Below are positions 55,668-57,197 of a DNA stretch of 57,197 bases, in pieces; positions within the stretch are counted from its first letter, which is position 1; each line of letters starts with the position of its first letter. The position numbers and the translations under genes are program-made. Under the pieces are notes generated by a model. It did no database searches and was not told where the DNA came from. It saw nothing but the letters and a program-made list of their open reading frames with translations. This DNA is from Alphaproteobacteria bacterium. Its GTDB lineage: Bacteria; Pseudomonadota; Alphaproteobacteria; UBA7887. The stretch lies in the NCBI GenBank assembly GCA_047517485.1, contig JAKZSU010000050.1:1-57197 (forward strand), read 5' to 3'.

Positions 55668-57061
55668 CGTCCTGGTTGGTGTTTTTCGCCATCGCCGCGG
55701 TCGCGGCGCTGGTTGTCGCGCTGCCCTCGCTGCGCCGGTTCGGCGGCGTGGATCAACGTGACGCCTTCGATCTCGAAGTGTTTCGCCGCCAGCTTTCCGA
55801 GGTCGATGCCGATTTGGCGCGCGGCGTGCTCGACGAGACCGAGGCGGCCGCGGCGCGGCTCGAGATCGAGCGACGCATTCTCACGCTCGCCGACACCAAG
55901 GTTCCCAAAAAGGCCCCGCCGGCACCGCTCTGGCGCGGCCTTGGCGTCGCACTAATACTCGTCGTCATACCCGGACTGAGCCTGCTAATTTATAGCGGTA
56001 TCGGCGCCCCCGGCGCGCCCGACCGGCCGCTGGCGGAACGCGCGGACGAGGCGCCCGCCGCGATGCCCGGCGACGTCGACGAGATGATCGCCAAGCTCGC
56101 CGCCAAACTCGAGGAAGACCCGGACAATCTCGAAGGCTGGATGCTGCTGGGCCGGTCCTTCGCCTTCATGGAGCGCTACCAGGACGCCGCCACCGCCTTC
56201 GCCTCGGCCGCCGCGTTGGCGCCCGACAACGACGACATCGTCATCTCCTATGGCGAGGCCCTGACCTACGCCGCCGGCGGGGCGATACCCCCCGCCGCGC
56301 GCCAGCAGTTCACCACCGTGCTCGCGCGCAATCCCGACCATGAGGGCGCACGCTTTTTCTCCGGCAAGATGCAGGCCCAGGACGGCGATTTGCCGGGGGC
56401 GCTGGCGACCTGGACGGCGCTCGCCCAAGCCGCCGATCCCGCCGCGCCGTGGTTGCCCGGTTTGGTCGAACAGCTGCGATCGCTAGCCGCCGAGATCGGT
56501 GTCGAGGCGCCCGACATCGCGGTTGCCGACGCCCCACCGCCGCCGGCGACAAGGTCCCCGGCCCCCGGACCCGATGCCGCCGACATCGAAATGGCCGCCG
56601 AGATGTCGCCGGATGAGCAGGCGGACATGATCAACAGCATGGTCGCGCGGCTCGAAGCGCGGCTCATCGACGAGCCCGACGACGTCGACGGCTGGAAACG
56701 CCTCGGCAAGGCCAAGCGGGTGCTCGACAATCTGCCCGGCGCGCGCGATGCCTATGCCAACGCGGTCGATGAGGCGCCCGACGACATCGAGGCGCTGGGC
56801 GGTCTCGCCGAGGCCGAGATGCTGCTCGGCGATCCCGCCGCGCCGCTGCCGCATCAGGCCATCGCGCTCTACCAGCGCATGCTGGCGCTCAACGAACGTC
56901 AGCCCGACGCGCTGTGGTTTCTCGGTCTCGCCGCCAAGCAAGCCGGTCGGACAAGCGAAGCGGGCGCGCTGTGGACCAAGCTTCTCGACATGCTGCCCCC
57001 GGGTAGCGACGAGCATGACATGCTTTCCAGCCGCATCGCCGAACTCGCTACGGCGGAGTAA
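55664..57061 (+). CDS. ccmI: Cytochrome c biogenesis protein CcmI/CycH with two TPR modules
   Basis: N-terminal TM with FRRQLSEV...LEIERR; two related blocks (LEEDPDNLEGWMLLGR and LIDEPDDVDGWKRLGK). Confidence 0.88.
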   Translation: MTSWLVFFAIAAVAALVVALPSLRRFGGVDQRDAFDLEVFRRQLSEVDADLARGVLDETEAAAARLEIERRILTLADTKVPKKAPPAPLWRGLGVALILVVIPGLSLLIYSGIGAPGAPDRPLAERADEAPAAMPGDVDEMIAKLAAKLEEDPDNLEGWMLLGRSFAFMERYQDAATAFASAAALAPDNDDIVISYGEALTYAAGGAIPPAARQQFTTVLARNPDHEGARFFSGKMQAQDGDLPGALATWTALAQAADPAAPWLPGLVEQLRSLAAEIGVEAPDIAVADAPPPPATRSPAPGPDAADIEMAAEMSPDEQADMINSMVARLEARLIDEPDDVDGWKRLGKAKRVLDNLPGARDAYANAVDEAPDDIEALGGLAEAEMLLGDPAAPLPHQAIALYQRMLALNERQPDALWFLGLAAKQAGRTSEAGALWTKLLDMLPPGSDEHDMLSSRIAELATAE

Positions 57062-57197
57062 TACCACCGAGCGGAATGCCTGACTCACGTTGGGGATTCC
57101 CAAGCGGTCCGATCTCTGACTCAATGTGGTGAACCAATGAGGTTCGCCATGGCAGCGCCTATCGACTTACGGAACGATTTTGACAGCGTCTCACTGC
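57061..57197 (+). mobile_element. Left end of an IS630-family element, truncated by the window end; transposase starts at ATG 57149
   Basis: Follows TA at 57059-57060 (IS630 target); MAAPIDLRNDFDSVSL matches recalled IS630-type N-termini (MAAPIxLRxDYDAxxLR). Confidence 0.7.

Overview
High-GC alphaproteobacterial chromosomal segment (Rhodospirillales-like, by inference from gene content). It has insertion-sequence ends at both edges, which suggests a whole contig. From left to right it holds: an IS3/IS481-type right end nested in an IS5 remnant; a lanthanide-dependent methanol dehydrogenase module (xoxF-xoxG-xoxJ); three exported accessory genes bracketed by two related ~270-300 bp MITE-like elements; metF-like and conserved hypothetical genes; a candidate sRNA with a 31-aa membrane peptide and a PuuD-N gene; an osmoprotectant ABC transporter, ApbE, GFA, coq7 and dsbB; a tightly packed, uncharacterised operon behind an RpoH-type promoter (TelA-like coiled-coil, hypothetical, classical AAA+ ATPase, DUF6638-like, DUF2333-like, then glpK and an HTTM-DCC fusion), which is the best candidate for an undescribed system; tRNA-Leu(CAA), an esterase, htpG and acnA; a ~16 kb accessory block (frameshifted lipase, boxBC with BadL/BadM-like GNAT and Rrf2 genes, an AT-rich DnaA-box cluster before dcd, a CoA ligase, Crp, an amber-interrupted VWA lipoprotein); a complete ccmABCDEFGHI operon whose ccmA appears to start at ATT; and the left end of an IS630 element. 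All family assignments come from reading motifs by eye and from recall, not from database searches.
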